In this document: piece by piece, positions 17,944 to 27,812 of the stretch | Numbering within the stretch: the stretch's first letter is position 1 | Layout: each line of letters opens with the position of its first letter | Assembly (NCBI GenBank): GCA_965214095.1 | Contig: OZ243938.1 | Coordinates: forward strand, 2,240,001 to 2,304,000 | Length of the DNA stretch: 64,000 nucleotides | Reading direction: 5' to 3' | Source: Candidatus Poribacteria bacterium | Lineage (GTDB): Bacteria; Poribacteria; WGA-4E; WGA-3G | Made by a program: the position numbers and the translations under genes | Notes under the pieces: generated by a model | Databases searched by the model: none | What the model was told of the DNA's origin: nothing | Seen by the model: the letters and a program-made list of their open reading frames with translations, nothing else

Positions 17944-19857
17944 ATGAAGCAGTCTCAAGCAAAAAGTCCTATTACCTTCCGTGCAGTGTTAATTGGGGTT
18001 GCTCTCATCCCACTTAACAGTTATTGGATTCTGCACCTGAGTTATATCTGGGATTCTAATCGTCCTACGAGTTTGGCGTTACTCTTCAACGTGCTGTTTA
18101 CACTACTTGTTTTGATTGCCATAAACGCTTTTCTGCGTCGGATACGACCTTCACTTGCATTTTCGCAAAGTGAACTTCTAACTATCTACGCGATGTTGTG
18201 CCAAGCCTCCGTTTTTGCAGGGCGCGACATGCTACAAGTATTAGTTCCGATAATGGGAAACGGTTTTTGGTACGCAACCCCAGAAAATGAGTGGGCACAA
18301 CTCTTTCATCAACATCTTCCCGAATGGCTCGTTGTTGGAGAACTGGACATATTACGCGGTTTTTATGAAGGTGAATCAACACTTTACATCCAATCACATT
18401 TTCAAGCATGGTTAGTGCCAACGTTATTATGGGTATGCTTTTGTCTCGTCCTCGGTGTAACGATGCTGTGTCTGAACGTGCTTTTACGCAAACAGTGGCA
18501 GGAACATGAACGTCTCACTTACCCGATTGCCCAACTCCCCTTTGAAATCACACAAGAAAAAACTGGCTTCTTCAATCGTCGTATGATGACTGTAGGACTG
18601 TGCATCGCTGCCTTGCTCAATTTACTGTATAGTTTACACCAAATCAATCCTGTTTTCCCTACAATTCCGCTTTATCACAATTTTCGTCTCACAGAGCAGC
18701 CGTGGAGTGCGATGAATAATCCTGGATTCCGCATTAGTTTTTTTCCATTTGCAATTGGTGTTGGTTTTCTGATTCCGCTTGATTTGGGGTTCTCCTGCTG
18801 GTTTTTTCATCTGTTCTGGCATTTTGAGCGGATTATCGGACAGAGTCTTGGGTGGCGTGGTTCTATCGGCTTCCCAAGAGAAATGGCACAGATTCGCGGT
18901 GTGTGGATAGCTTTATTCCTCTGGACGTTGTGGATGGGACGTTCACATGTTAAGGTTGTTCTCAAAACTATCTTCAACAGTCGTTCTCCGACTAAGAGTG
19001 ATGAAGGGGAAGCATTACGATACAGAACAGCGGTGATTGGTGCACTTGTTGGACTAATACTGATTTTAGCCTTCTGTGTAAAGGCTGGTATGTCTCTATG
19101 GTTTGCTTTACTTTTCTTTGTCATCTATTTAGCGATGTCTGTGACAATAACGCGTATTCGTGCCGAATTAGGACCGCCTGCACACGATCTATACAACGCT
19201 GGTCCAGATCTGCTCTTGACAGATGCGATTGGAACACGACGTGTCGGCAATCGCAATTTATCTGTGATGTCGCTATTCTTCTGGTTGAATCATCTTTCCT
19301 ACCGCGCACACCCGATGCCGCATCAACTGGAAGCACTGAAACTTGCACATCAAACTCGCTTTAATGGCAAGCAACTATTATGGGTATTAGCAATTGCGAT
19401 TTTTGTTGGTGCACTTTCGGCTGCGTGGGGACATCTGCATCTATCATATCAAGTTGGTTTAGAGAATGCACGTTCATGGTATGCGCGTGCGGCTTTCAAT
19501 CGATTGGCTGGGTGGCTGTATAATCCGAGTGAAACGAACTTGGGTGGTATGATGTATACGGTTGGTGGGTTTTTCTTTGCTATCAGTCTGCTGCTTTTGC
19601 GATGGCGTTTTATCCAGTGGCCACTTCATCCTGTGGGATATGTTGTTTCAAGTTGGTGGACATTTACGGGACTATGGTTTCCACTTCTAATCAGTTGGAC
19701 TGTTAAGCGGATTCTGCTTTCAACAGGCGGTGTACGGTTATATAGACGCGCAATACCATTTTTCATCGGTTTGGTCATTGGTGATGTCATAGTCGCTTCT
19801 ATCATTAGCATATTAGGTTTGTTCTTTGATTTCCGTGTTGTCTACCTCAGTTGGTAA
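17944..19857 (+). CDS. Large polytopic membrane protein, putative transporter (DUF6785/DUF6784-like), paralog 2
   Basis: ATPENEW, FYEGE, LRKQW.EHERL.YP, DLGFSCWFF, RIRAELG.P.HDL, HPMPH.LE, WPLHP.GY. Confidence 0.75.
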   Translation: MKQSQAKSPITFRAVLIGVALIPLNSYWILHLSYIWDSNRPTSLALLFNVLFTLLVLIAINAFLRRIRPSLAFSQSELLTIYAMLCQASVFAGRDMLQVLVPIMGNGFWYATPENEWAQLFHQHLPEWLVVGELDILRGFYEGESTLYIQSHFQAWLVPTLLWVCFCLVLGVTMLCLNVLLRKQWQEHERLTYPIAQLPFEITQEKTGFFNRRMMTVGLCIAALLNLLYSLHQINPVFPTIPLYHNFRLTEQPWSAMNNPGFRISFFPFAIGVGFLIPLDLGFSCWFFHLFWHFERIIGQSLGWRGSIGFPREMAQIRGVWIALFLWTLWMGRSHVKVVLKTIFNSRSPTKSDEGEALRYRTAVIGALVGLILILAFCVKAGMSLWFALLFFVIYLAMSVTITRIRAELGPPAHDLYNAGPDLLLTDAIGTRRVGNRNLSVMSLFFWLNHLSYRAHPMPHQLEALKLAHQTRFNGKQLLWVLAIAIFVGALSAAWGHLHLSYQVGLENARSWYARAAFNRLAGWLYNPSETNLGGMMYTVGGFFFAISLLLLRWRFIQWPLHPVGYVVSSWWTFTGLWFPLLISWTVKRILLSTGGVRLYRRAIPFFIGLVIGDVIVASIISILGLFFDFRVVYLSW

Positions 19858-19932
19858 GTCATTGCGATAGAATATTGGTGGTAACTTTGCTTCAAATGTT
19901 GCGTTGAAATTATCAGGTAATCTTGCTATTAT

Positions 19933-20871
19933 ATGAGTATGATGGATACAGAAAACTTCTCACTCAAAGTGAATATTGGCGGGATTCGGATGCGGAATCC
20001 TGTTATGACTGCCTCTGGTACATTCGGCTATGGCAGTGAATATGCCGATTTTGTAGACCTAAACCGACTCGGTGCGGTTGTGATGAAAGGTGTTACAAGT
20101 GTGCCGTGGCCTGGCAATCCGATGAACCGCATTATGGAAACGCCCTCCGGTATGCTTAATGCTATTGGACTGCAGAATGTCGGTGTGGATGGTTTTATCT
20201 CCGAAAAATTACCTTACCTTCGTGAATTTGATGTGCCTGTTATAGTGAACGTCTGCGGTAAAACTGTGGAAGAGTATCTGACGGTCGTTGAGAAGTTAAG
20301 CAGTGCAGATGGCGTTGCTGGTGTGGAACTCAACATCTCCTGTCCGAACCTTGATTGCGGAGGAATGAGTTTCGGTGTTGATGCGACCTTAGCACATCAA
20401 CTTGTCACAGAGGTGAAAGCAAGAACGCATTTGCCGTTGTTGGTTAAACTATCGCCTAATGTTACGGATATTACCGTGATTGCGCGTGCAATTGAAGATG
20501 CAGGCGCAGATGCACTCTCTGCAATCAATACCCTACTCGGCATGGCAATCAACGCAGAAACACGCAAACCCGAACTAGCAAATATAACAGGTGGTCTGTC
20601 AGGTCCTGCAATCAAACCTGTCGCATTAAGATTGGTTTGGGAGGTGTACAAAAACGTCTCTATTCCGATTGTGGGAATGGGTGGTATAATGAACGCGACA
20701 GATGCATTGGAATTTTTCATCGCGGGTGCTTCGGCAGTAGCAATTGGAACGGCGAACTTTGTCAATCCAAAAGCATCATTAGAAGTGATTGAAGGCATTC
20801 ACGTATATCTTGAAAAGATGAACATGAAATCAATAAATGAATTGGTTGGGAGTTTGGACGTTGATGTCTAA
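19933..20871 (+). CDS. pyrD: Dihydroorotate dehydrogenase family 1 catalytic subunit
   Basis: ASGTFG, NAIGLQN.G, ELNISCPN, VKLSPN, INT, GGLSGPAIKP. Confidence 0.93.
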   Translation: MSMMDTENFSLKVNIGGIRMRNPVMTASGTFGYGSEYADFVDLNRLGAVVMKGVTSVPWPGNPMNRIMETPSGMLNAIGLQNVGVDGFISEKLPYLREFDVPVIVNVCGKTVEEYLTVVEKLSSADGVAGVELNISCPNLDCGGMSFGVDATLAHQLVTEVKARTHLPLLVKLSPNVTDITVIARAIEDAGADALSAINTLLGMAINAETRKPELANITGGLSGPAIKPVALRLVWEVYKNVSIPIVGMGGIMNATDALEFFIAGASAVAIGTANFVNPKASLEVIEGIHVYLEKMNMKSINELVGSLDVDV

Positions 20872-20885
20872 TCAAAACGAAAATG

Positions 20886-20914
20886 TTGATATATTTTATT
20901 ATTCGGTGTATAAT
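20886..20914 (+). promoter_or_regulatory. Putative sigma-70 promoter for pyrB
   Basis: TTGATA-17 nt-TATAAT. Confidence 0.6.
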
Positions 20915-21023
20915 TTGAACCAGAATTGATTTATGAACGTTTACCGGATGGTATCATGCAATATATGTCAAATGGAAATGTCATTGAATCAGAGAATGGC
21001 GGACCACCACACGCATAGAGGAG

Positions 21024-22106
21024 ATGATGCGACACCTCGTAACACTTGATGATCTATCGAATTTTGAAATAGAGCAGATTTTTCGCTTAGCAGAAGGGAT
21101 GCAGTCCCAACAGGAAACCTGGTCAGGTATTTGCCGTAGCAAATTGCTGGCAACGTTATTCTATGAACCGAGTACACGTACTCGGCTTTCCTTTGAAAGT
21201 GCGATGGAACGTCTCAATGGTGGGACACTCGGTTTCGCTGATCCGAGTTCTACCTCTATGACCAAAGGTGAAACCCTCGCTGACACTGCACGGATGGTCA
21301 CGAACTATGCGGACCTTATTGTGATGCGACACAGTTGGGCAGGTTCTGCGCGGGTTATGGCACGTTATTCCAATATCCCTGTCATCAATGGTGGAGATGG
21401 CAGCCATGCACATCCAACACAAGCCCTAACAGACCTCTATACAATTATTCGTCGCAAATCACAGGTGCATGGGTTGACAGTGGGCGTTTGCGGTGATCTT
21501 CGGTATGGACGCGCAGCACATTCGTTTACCTTAGCTGCTGCCAGATTCGGTGCCAACCTTGTTCACATTGCCCCGCATGGATTACAGATGCCACCTTGGG
21601 TGCTGGCTCGATTGGCAGAAAATCACAAACAGACACCTCTTGAGGTGGAAAACGTCACAGAGGTGATTGAAACGCTTGATGTTATCTATGTTAATCGGCT
21701 TCAGGAAGAACGGCTGCCACCCAATTTAGATGCAAAAACGGTGCGTGGTAGTTATCTGCTGAACGCTGATGTAATGAAAAACGCGAAACCTGATGCGATG
21801 ATAATGCACCCGTTGCCTCGCGTTAACGAATTGGCTTATGAATTAGACGATGACCCGCGTGCTGCCTATTTTGAACAATCTGCAAATGCCGTGCCAGTAC
21901 GAATGGCTCTTATTGCAAGCCTGATGGGATTGGAACAACTCATCTTAACCCAACCACCAACCCGTAACATTAGCGAGTCTACAGAACAGTGTGAAAATAC
22001 CAACTGTGTTACCAACCACGAGACCTATCTGACACCAGAACGTGAAACGTACAATGGTCATGCAGAAGTGAACGCTTGTGCGTATTGTGGTAATCTGCTT
22101 TCATGA
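21024..22106 (+). CDS. pyrB: Aspartate carbamoyltransferase catalytic subunit with C-terminal PyrI-like zinc motif
   Basis: FYEPSTRTRLSF, KGETL.DT, HPTQAL.D, RLQEER, MHPLPR; tail CENTNCVTNHE..CAYCG. Confidence 0.92.
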   Translation: MMRHLVTLDDLSNFEIEQIFRLAEGMQSQQETWSGICRSKLLATLFYEPSTRTRLSFESAMERLNGGTLGFADPSSTSMTKGETLADTARMVTNYADLIVMRHSWAGSARVMARYSNIPVINGGDGSHAHPTQALTDLYTIIRRKSQVHGLTVGVCGDLRYGRAAHSFTLAAARFGANLVHIAPHGLQMPPWVLARLAENHKQTPLEVENVTEVIETLDVIYVNRLQEERLPPNLDAKTVRGSYLLNADVMKNAKPDAMIMHPLPRVNELAYELDDDPRAAYFEQSANAVPVRMALIASLMGLEQLILTQPPTRNISESTEQCENTNCVTNHETYLTPERETYNGHAEVNACAYCGNLLS

Positions 22107-22151
22107 GACACATGAGACAGAAAATAAGCAAGACCTTTTGTGTAGTGAAGT

Positions 22152-23600
22152 CTATTCTTCATCAGGTTCATCTTCGGGTACAGGCACTTTGGAAATCATT
22201 CCATCTTTCTCAATGATAGCAAATCGAGCGATACGCCATAGCGGTGATTTTTCACTTACTGCCTGCCATCCACCTTCAAAATGTGTGACCGTAACAAAGT
22301 CTTTTTCAGCATCAGGTTCATTACCACCAAACACTTCATGAGTTGTCCAGTTTGTATAGGTTACTGGTTCACCACTATCCCATCGCCAAACGCCTTCCTC
22401 TTCCACATCATTGAGTCCTATCCAAAAATCCGGATTTCTAAACATAATTTGCACCCAGACCTGCTCTTCTTCGTCGTTGATGGATAGGAGGTGTGATTCT
22501 TCTTTTATAGCCTTCTGTTGTGCATCGTGCCACCCATTACAAGGAACTTGTGCATAAGCGTGTCCATTTGCGGGATTGATGATCCAAACTATTTTCTCTG
22601 GTTTTCTTGGGATTGGTGGACGGATATTGGCACCAGCGAATGCCTCAGCAGCCACACGTTGTCGCTGATTCTGTTCAATCTCATTCTTGTTATCTGCCGG
22701 CTTTTTCTTGACTGGGTTTCCATCAAGTTTAATTACGATATTCTCAGGATGGACACCTTTATTGATTAGGAAAGGCCCTGCACCACCAGAAAAATTCTTA
22801 ATAGTTACGGAAAGCGTGTAGTAGCCTGGATCATCTCTATATTCATTAAAATAGCCTTCAGCATCAGTAATGCATTCTGTTCCATGCCTCCCGCTACCTC
22901 CACCAAATTCTCCTCCGCGAAACGCTATGGATAGACGTGCGTCAGTATTTGCAACAGGTGTTCCATCTGCATATACAATCTGTGCGCGGATTTGCAATAG
23001 TTTCTTAACTGTAATTTTAATGTCTTCTATGTTTGTGTCAGGTTTCAATCCAAATGTCAATCCTCCAAATGGTCCCATATCATCCACAGGATAAAAAGTA
23101 ATTTTGTTCAACTGAATTGAGACGATTTGCATTTCAGATTTAGTTCTCTGATTCTGCATCATTAACAATCTATGTTGATGTGCTTGTTGTGGCTTATTGT
23201 GGTCAATATTTTGGAGTACATCTAACATTCCATCAGGAATTCCATTTATCTGTACCATACCAGACTGTATGTTTTCTGATTTGAAGGAGCCATCATCTTC
23301 AGATTCCACTATAGCAAAGGGCGGTGCATCTGGTTGTTTTCCATCATCTGGTTGTCCTCCTAATTGGTGTGCGGCGATCATAAAGGGATGAGGCATACCG
23401 TTTACGACTTGCATAGATTGAACAAGGAAAGTGTATCCAGCAACTGCTTTGCCTTCTGTATCCATAACTTTTCCAGATATTCCGCTTGCAGCTTGTTGTT
23501 TAGGTTCTACAGGTGCTTCTTGAGCAATAACATTCGTTATAGTTGTCAGTATTATGAGGACGAATGCTACATGTTTACTTATGGTGTAGATGCATTTCAT
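22152..23600 (-). CDS. Secreted protein: carboxypeptidase-regulatory-like beta domains + C-terminal C-type lectin domain (paralog A)
   Basis: Start MKCIY at 23600 (AAGGAG); signal peptide; NPANGHAY, W.DAQ, L.SIND.EEQ.W, FWIGLND..EEG.W.W.SGEPV.YTNW. Confidence 0.8.
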   Translation of the reverse strand: MKCIYTISKHVAFVLIILTTITNVIAQEAPVEPKQQAASGISGKVMDTEGKAVAGYTFLVQSMQVVNGMPHPFMIAAHQLGGQPDDGKQPDAPPFAIVESEDDGSFKSENIQSGMVQINGIPDGMLDVLQNIDHNKPQQAHQHRLLMMQNQRTKSEMQIVSIQLNKITFYPVDDMGPFGGLTFGLKPDTNIEDIKITVKKLLQIRAQIVYADGTPVANTDARLSIAFRGGEFGGGSGRHGTECITDAEGYFNEYRDDPGYYTLSVTIKNFSGGAGPFLINKGVHPENIVIKLDGNPVKKKPADNKNEIEQNQRQRVAAEAFAGANIRPPIPRKPEKIVWIINPANGHAYAQVPCNGWHDAQQKAIKEESHLLSINDEEEQVWVQIMFRNPDFWIGLNDVEEEGVWRWDSGEPVTYTNWTTHEVFGGNEPDAEKDFVTVTHFEGGWQAVSEKSPLWRIARFAIIEKDGMISKVPVPEDEPDEE

Positions 23601-23634
23601 GGTATTATCTCCTTTTATTGGTAAGTGGTAAGGA

Positions 23635-24927
23635 CTATTCAGTCTCTTCATCAGGTGTTGGTGCCCCAATGACAAGATCTTTCTTCTCCAAAATGGCTTT
23701 ATTCGTGATATTTGCAACAGGATTATCTGTACGTACTTGTTGCCATTTCCCTGTCACACCGATGAGTGCAGTATAAGTCTTGCCAATATTTTCATCCTGT
23801 TCACCATCATTTTTTGGAGCAGCCAGTAATTTTTGAGTGTCCCAATTGGTGTAAGTGATTGGATCACCGTTATCCCACTTTTTTTCATCTTTTTTCATTC
23901 CATCGGTGAATCCGATCCAATAGTTTTCTTTTCCGTAGACATCAAGCAACCACTGTTGTTCGTCTTTATCATTGATAGCGACGAGATATGCTTTTTGTTC
24001 TGTTGCCTTGGCGAGTGCTTCTTCAGGTGATTGACAGTTAATTACTTTGTAGGCGTGTCTGTTTGCAGGGTTAATTGCCCATACGCCTTCACGTCTCTTT
24101 TGAGTAATGGTGCGTCTAAGTTCCATGTTAGGTGCAGGTCTTGGAGCTGGCGGCACCTGTGGTCTGAAAATATTTGGATTCGGAGGTGCTTGTTGAACTC
24201 CTTTTAACGTTAGGGTTAAACCGTCAAGTCGTTGTCCTTCTTCAAGCAATAATTCTGGGGATTCTGCCTTTTGTCCTTGATATTCAATGGTGATAGTATA
24301 ATAGGCAGACCTATCAACATACTCAGTAAATCTTCCTTCATTGTCAGTTTGCGTTGATCCACTTCCACTACCAGATCCTCCGTTGACATATCGTCTTTTT
24401 GTTTTGAGGTTAACTCTTGAGTTTCGGAGGGGTGAACCATCATCCTTAAGAACCTGTCCTCGAATTCGCATCCGTTGTCGAACAGTTAACTTCACATCTA
24501 TCTTATCGGTTTCCTCTTCTATTCCGAAAGGAAATCCACCAAACATAAAAAACTGATGTGGGTGAACACTGAAGGCAATCCCTTGAATTTCAATACCGCG
24601 AATTTCATAGTCTGAATTGCGTTCTGGAAATAATGATAAATGATTGACTGAAGGTACAACAGTGTTTTTTATTACAAAAGAACCGGTTGCATCAGTATTA
24701 CTCGGTTGTGGTGGTGGCATTACAGGTTCACGTCCACGTATACCATGTCTCTCAGGAATAAAAGTTCCCTTAAACGACTTAACTGCAACGATAAGGTCAG
24801 GTACGGGATCTCCATTTTCGTCAACGACCTCTCCAGAAATGATTGATGCGTTACTATTGTAGGAGAATAATAGAAAAACCACTATACACATGATAAAAAG
24901 CGTTATTGTAAAATTTGATCGTTTCAT
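23635..24927 (-). CDS. Secreted protein: carboxypeptidase-regulatory-like beta domains + C-terminal C-type lectin domain (paralog B)
   Basis: Start MKRSNF at 24927 (AAGGAG); ISGEVVDENGDPV, TD.EG.F; NPANRHAY, LVAIND..EQ.W, YWIG.TD, W.NGDPITYTNW. Confidence 0.78.
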   Translation of the reverse strand: MKRSNFTITLFIMCIVVFLLFSYNSNASIISGEVVDENGDPVPDLIVAVKSFKGTFIPERHGIRGREPVMPPPQPSNTDATGSFVIKNTVVPSVNHLSLFPERNSDYEIRGIEIQGIAFSVHPHQFFMFGGFPFGIEEETDKIDVKLTVRQRMRIRGQVLKDDGSPLRNSRVNLKTKRRYVNGGSGSGSGSTQTDNEGRFTEYVDRSAYYTITIEYQGQKAESPELLLEEGQRLDGLTLTLKGVQQAPPNPNIFRPQVPPAPRPAPNMELRRTITQKRREGVWAINPANRHAYKVINCQSPEEALAKATEQKAYLVAINDKDEQQWLLDVYGKENYWIGFTDGMKKDEKKWDNGDPITYTNWDTQKLLAAPKNDGEQDENIGKTYTALIGVTGKWQQVRTDNPVANITNKAILEKKDLVIGAPTPDEETE

Positions 24928-24988
24928 TGTGTGTCTCCTTCTGTTAAGTTTGGTGGGTGTATTTGATTTTAATGTTGATGATGTTACT

Positions 24989-25017
24989 ATTATACACGAA
25001 TGGAATGTTGTTGACAA
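24989..25017 (-). promoter_or_regulatory. Putative sigma-70 promoter for the lectin gene pair
   Basis: TTGTCA-17 nt-TATAAT on minus strand. Confidence 0.55.
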
Positions 25018-25162
25018 GTTAAGTGTAGACTGGAACAGAGATAATCAATTGTTAGTATCACTATAGTTGAAAAATCTTCCAACAAAATATCGAGGTTGGA
25101 AACGCCTCCAACAGAAGTTTCAAGTGCCAATTGCATACCTATGAGTCAGTACGGAAAAAATG

Positions 25163-25191
25163 TTGCATACCCTGTAGAAACGTGGTATAAT
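25163..25191 (+). promoter_or_regulatory. Sigma-70 promoter of the rpsB-tsf operon
   Basis: TTGCAT-17 nt-TATAAT with extended -10 TG. Confidence 0.7.
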
Positions 25192-25229
25192 TAACACAAT
25201 TTGATTAGGCAAGAAAACAGAGTTAACAG

Positions 25230-25335
25230 AGATACACATCTCCAGATTTGCACGGCGGGTTCTCTCATCATGAGAGTCTGATGCAGATATGAAGGAGGTG
25301 GACGTATAAACCCAATGAGGAGTCATGAACTTCTC
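25230..25335 (+). promoter_or_regulatory. Probable rpsB (S2) autoregulatory leader RNA
   Basis: Long 5' UTR with ACACATCTCC...GGAGGTG pairing, internal CTCTCA/TGAGAG hairpin and AAACCC; position matches S2 leaders. Confidence 0.5.
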
Positions 25336-25351
25336 AACTCAGGAGGAAATT

Positions 25352-26233
25352 TTGGCAGTTACAATGAAGGAACTCCTTGAATGTGGAGTGCACTTTGGTC
25401 ACCAAACCAGACGTTGGAATCCGAAGATGGCTGAGTACATCTTCGCCGAAAGAAATGGTATTTACATTATTGATTTACAGAAGACATTGACTATGCTTGA
25501 AACTGCAGTAGAATATGTCAGGAGTATTGCTGCTAATGGTGGTGTAGTCCTTTTTGTAGGCACTAAACGACAATCTCAGGAAGCAGTTCTTGAGGAAGCA
25601 CTTCGATGTAGCATGTACTACGTTAATCACCGTTGGTTAGGTGGTATGTTGACAAACTTCCAAACCATACGCCAAAGCATCAGTAGGTTAGAAGCCATTG
25701 AAGAAGAAGAAACGAGTGGTGAACTTGAGAAACGTCCGAAGAAGGAGATCATTCGTCTCATGCGTGAAAAGGGGAAGTTGTCCAATAACCTTACCGGTAT
25801 CAAGGAAATGTCAACACTTCCTGAAGTGGTTGTTGTCACGGATACGCGAAAGGAACACACAGCAATTGCCGAGGCAAACAAACTCGGTATTCCAATAATA
25901 GCAATCGTAGATACGAACTGCGATCCAGATCCTGTTGACCTACCTATCCCAGGCAACGATGATGCGATTCGTTCCATTCGGTTAGTCTGTGCTGTTTTGG
26001 CAGAAGCTGTTATAGAAGGGCGTGGCGATGCCTTAGAAGGTGAAGAAGTTGAAGCGGAAAAAGGACAACCTGAAGAAAGCCAGATTGATAAAGTCGCAGA
26101 AACTGAACGTCACGAGGAGCAAACAGCAGAAATAATTGATACTGAACAACTCTCAGCGGAGCCAGAGGCAATTGGGGATGCAGAGCAAAGACGAACCCGT
26201 CAATCTCGCCCAAAAAGAAGTCCTCGTCGATAG
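25352..26233 (+). CDS. rpsB: 30S ribosomal protein S2
   Basis: [44 protein letters not shown]; likely TTG start at 25352 after AGGAGG. Confidence 0.97.
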   Translation: MAVTMKELLECGVHFGHQTRRWNPKMAEYIFAERNGIYIIDLQKTLTMLETAVEYVRSIAANGGVVLFVGTKRQSQEAVLEEALRCSMYYVNHRWLGGMLTNFQTIRQSISRLEAIEEEETSGELEKRPKKEIIRLMREKGKLSNNLTGIKEMSTLPEVVVVTDTRKEHTAIAEANKLGIPIIAIVDTNCDPDPVDLPIPGNDDAIRSIRLVCAVLAEAVIEGRGDALEGEEVEAEKGQPEESQIDKVAETERHEEQTAEIIDTEQLSAEPEAIGDAEQRRTRQSRPKRSPRR

Positions 26234-26563
26234 TGATAACCGTCACTACAGATTACTGCTCAGGACTATTTCAAATTTGCAACCAAAAACACGAAAAATA
26301 AAACAGATAGTTTTTAACTATAATAGAACTTACGCGAATTTCACCGTTTATCTCTAACAATGTCTAATAACGTGTTTTTTGTGATATTATGAGTAATGCG
26401 CACTGGTAAGGCACGAAATCGATGGCATGAATGTTATAAAGCATTCCACGCCTACAGTATGAGCGTAAGTTTATTTCAAAAATTCAGAAATAGTGTGCCA
26501 GCAACACGGATGTATAGTGTATTATGGTCTGGCACCGTAAAAATGGGTCTAATTGGAGGAAAC

Positions 26564-27157
26564 ATGGCAATTACAGCAAAAATGGTCAGTGAGTTACGTT
26601 CACGGACTGGTGCTGGCATAATGGACTGCAAGAAAGCACTGACAGATACGGATGGCGATCTTGATGCTGCGATTAAGAAATTGCGCGAGCAAGGATTGCG
26701 TGCTTCTGAAGTGAAGGGTGGACGCGCTACTGAAGAAGGACTTGTTGTCTCATATATTCACCCTGGAAACCGCGTCGGCACATTAGTTGAATTGAATTGC
26801 GAAACCGACTTTGTTGCGCGTACAGAGCAGTTTCAGAAATTGGCAACTGAAATCGCTATGCAAGTGGCTGCTGCAAAACCAAAATATGTCAAGGAAGACG
26901 AAGTGCCAGCAGAAGATCTTGATGCAGAAAAGATGATCTTGAAAACACAGGCAAAACAAGAAGGTAAACCTGACCATATTGTTGATAAAATTGTTGAAGG
27001 ACGGCTTTCTAAATTTTATTCGGAAGCATGTCTATTAAAACAACCTTATATTCGAGATGCCGATAAAACTATTGAGGACCTTGTAAAGGATGCAATCGCG
27101 CAACTTGGCGAGAACATCGTTGTGAAACGTTTTGTGCTCTATGTCCTCGGACAGTAA
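26564..27157 (+). CDS. tsf: Elongation factor Ts (short ~197-aa form)
   Basis: MAITAKMVSELR.RTGAG.MDCKKAL, ELNCETDFVA; ATG at 26564 after GGAGG. Confidence 0.96.
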   Translation: MAITAKMVSELRSRTGAGIMDCKKALTDTDGDLDAAIKKLREQGLRASEVKGGRATEEGLVVSYIHPGNRVGTLVELNCETDFVARTEQFQKLATEIAMQVAAAKPKYVKEDEVPAEDLDAEKMILKTQAKQEGKPDHIVDKIVEGRLSKFYSEACLLKQPYIRDADKTIEDLVKDAIAQLGENIVVKRFVLYVLGQ

Positions 27158-27222
27158 ATATCATCATAGACAGCACAACTTACATCGGAATCGGTAAAAC
27201 CAGAAAGGAATAGGAAATTCAG

Positions 27223-27810
27223 ATGCAAGAAGTACTGAAAAATGCTGAATCACGCATGCAAAAGTCAATTGAGTCAACTTTGACGAAATTGTCACATATC
27301 CAAACTGGTCGCGCGACGACAGCGTTGTTAGACCAGGTTACAATTAACTATTACGGAAGTAAAACTCCACTGAACCAAGTGGGAACGATTACGACACCTG
27401 AACCACGTCAGTTGGTCATCCAACCTTGGGACAAAACACTTATAACCGAAATTGAAAAAGCAATTGCACAATCCGACTTAGGATTAGCAACAAGTAACGA
27501 TGGTAGTTTAATTCGGATACAAGTGCCTGAATTGACGACAGAACGTCGGGTTGAATTGACCAAATTGGTAAAGAAGTTGGCGGAAGAAGGTAGAGTAGCG
27601 ATTCGCAATATCCGACGTGATGCTAACGATGCTATTCGCAAACTTGAAGGCAATGATTCGGGGTCGGGTAGCCGTAGAAGCAAAGGTCGAGGTGGCGATA
27701 AGAAAAGTGGGCGCGCTGACGCGGATCCAGTCCAAAACTTAACTGATACCTACGTAGACCAAATTAACGAATTGGCCGAAGCAAAAGAAGCTGAACTTTT
27801 AGAGAACTAA
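27223..27810 (+). CDS. frr: Ribosome recycling factor
   Basis: TGRA...LLD...YYG..TPL.Q, QPWD, P.LT.ERR, RVAIRNIRRDAND. Confidence 0.95.
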   Translation: MQEVLKNAESRMQKSIESTLTKLSHIQTGRATTALLDQVTINYYGSKTPLNQVGTITTPEPRQLVIQPWDKTLITEIEKAIAQSDLGLATSNDGSLIRIQVPELTTERRVELTKLVKKLAEEGRVAIRNIRRDANDAIRKLEGNDSGSGSRRSKGRGGDKKSGRADADPVQNLTDTYVDQINELAEAKEAELLEN

Positions 27811-27812
27811 TT

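Noticed and set aside
26405-26545. Sigma-54 promoter candidates (GGCAC/TGGCAT motifs) upstream of tsf and elsewhere
   Set aside because: None inspected has the -12 TTGC at the required spacing
26396-26563. N-terminal extensions given by the ORF track for tsf, and likewise for 4463, 15681, 22152, 23635, 44128 and 49316 ORFs
   Set aside because: Downstream starts have better Shine-Dalgarno sequences or avoid overlaps, and match family N-termini or signal peptides
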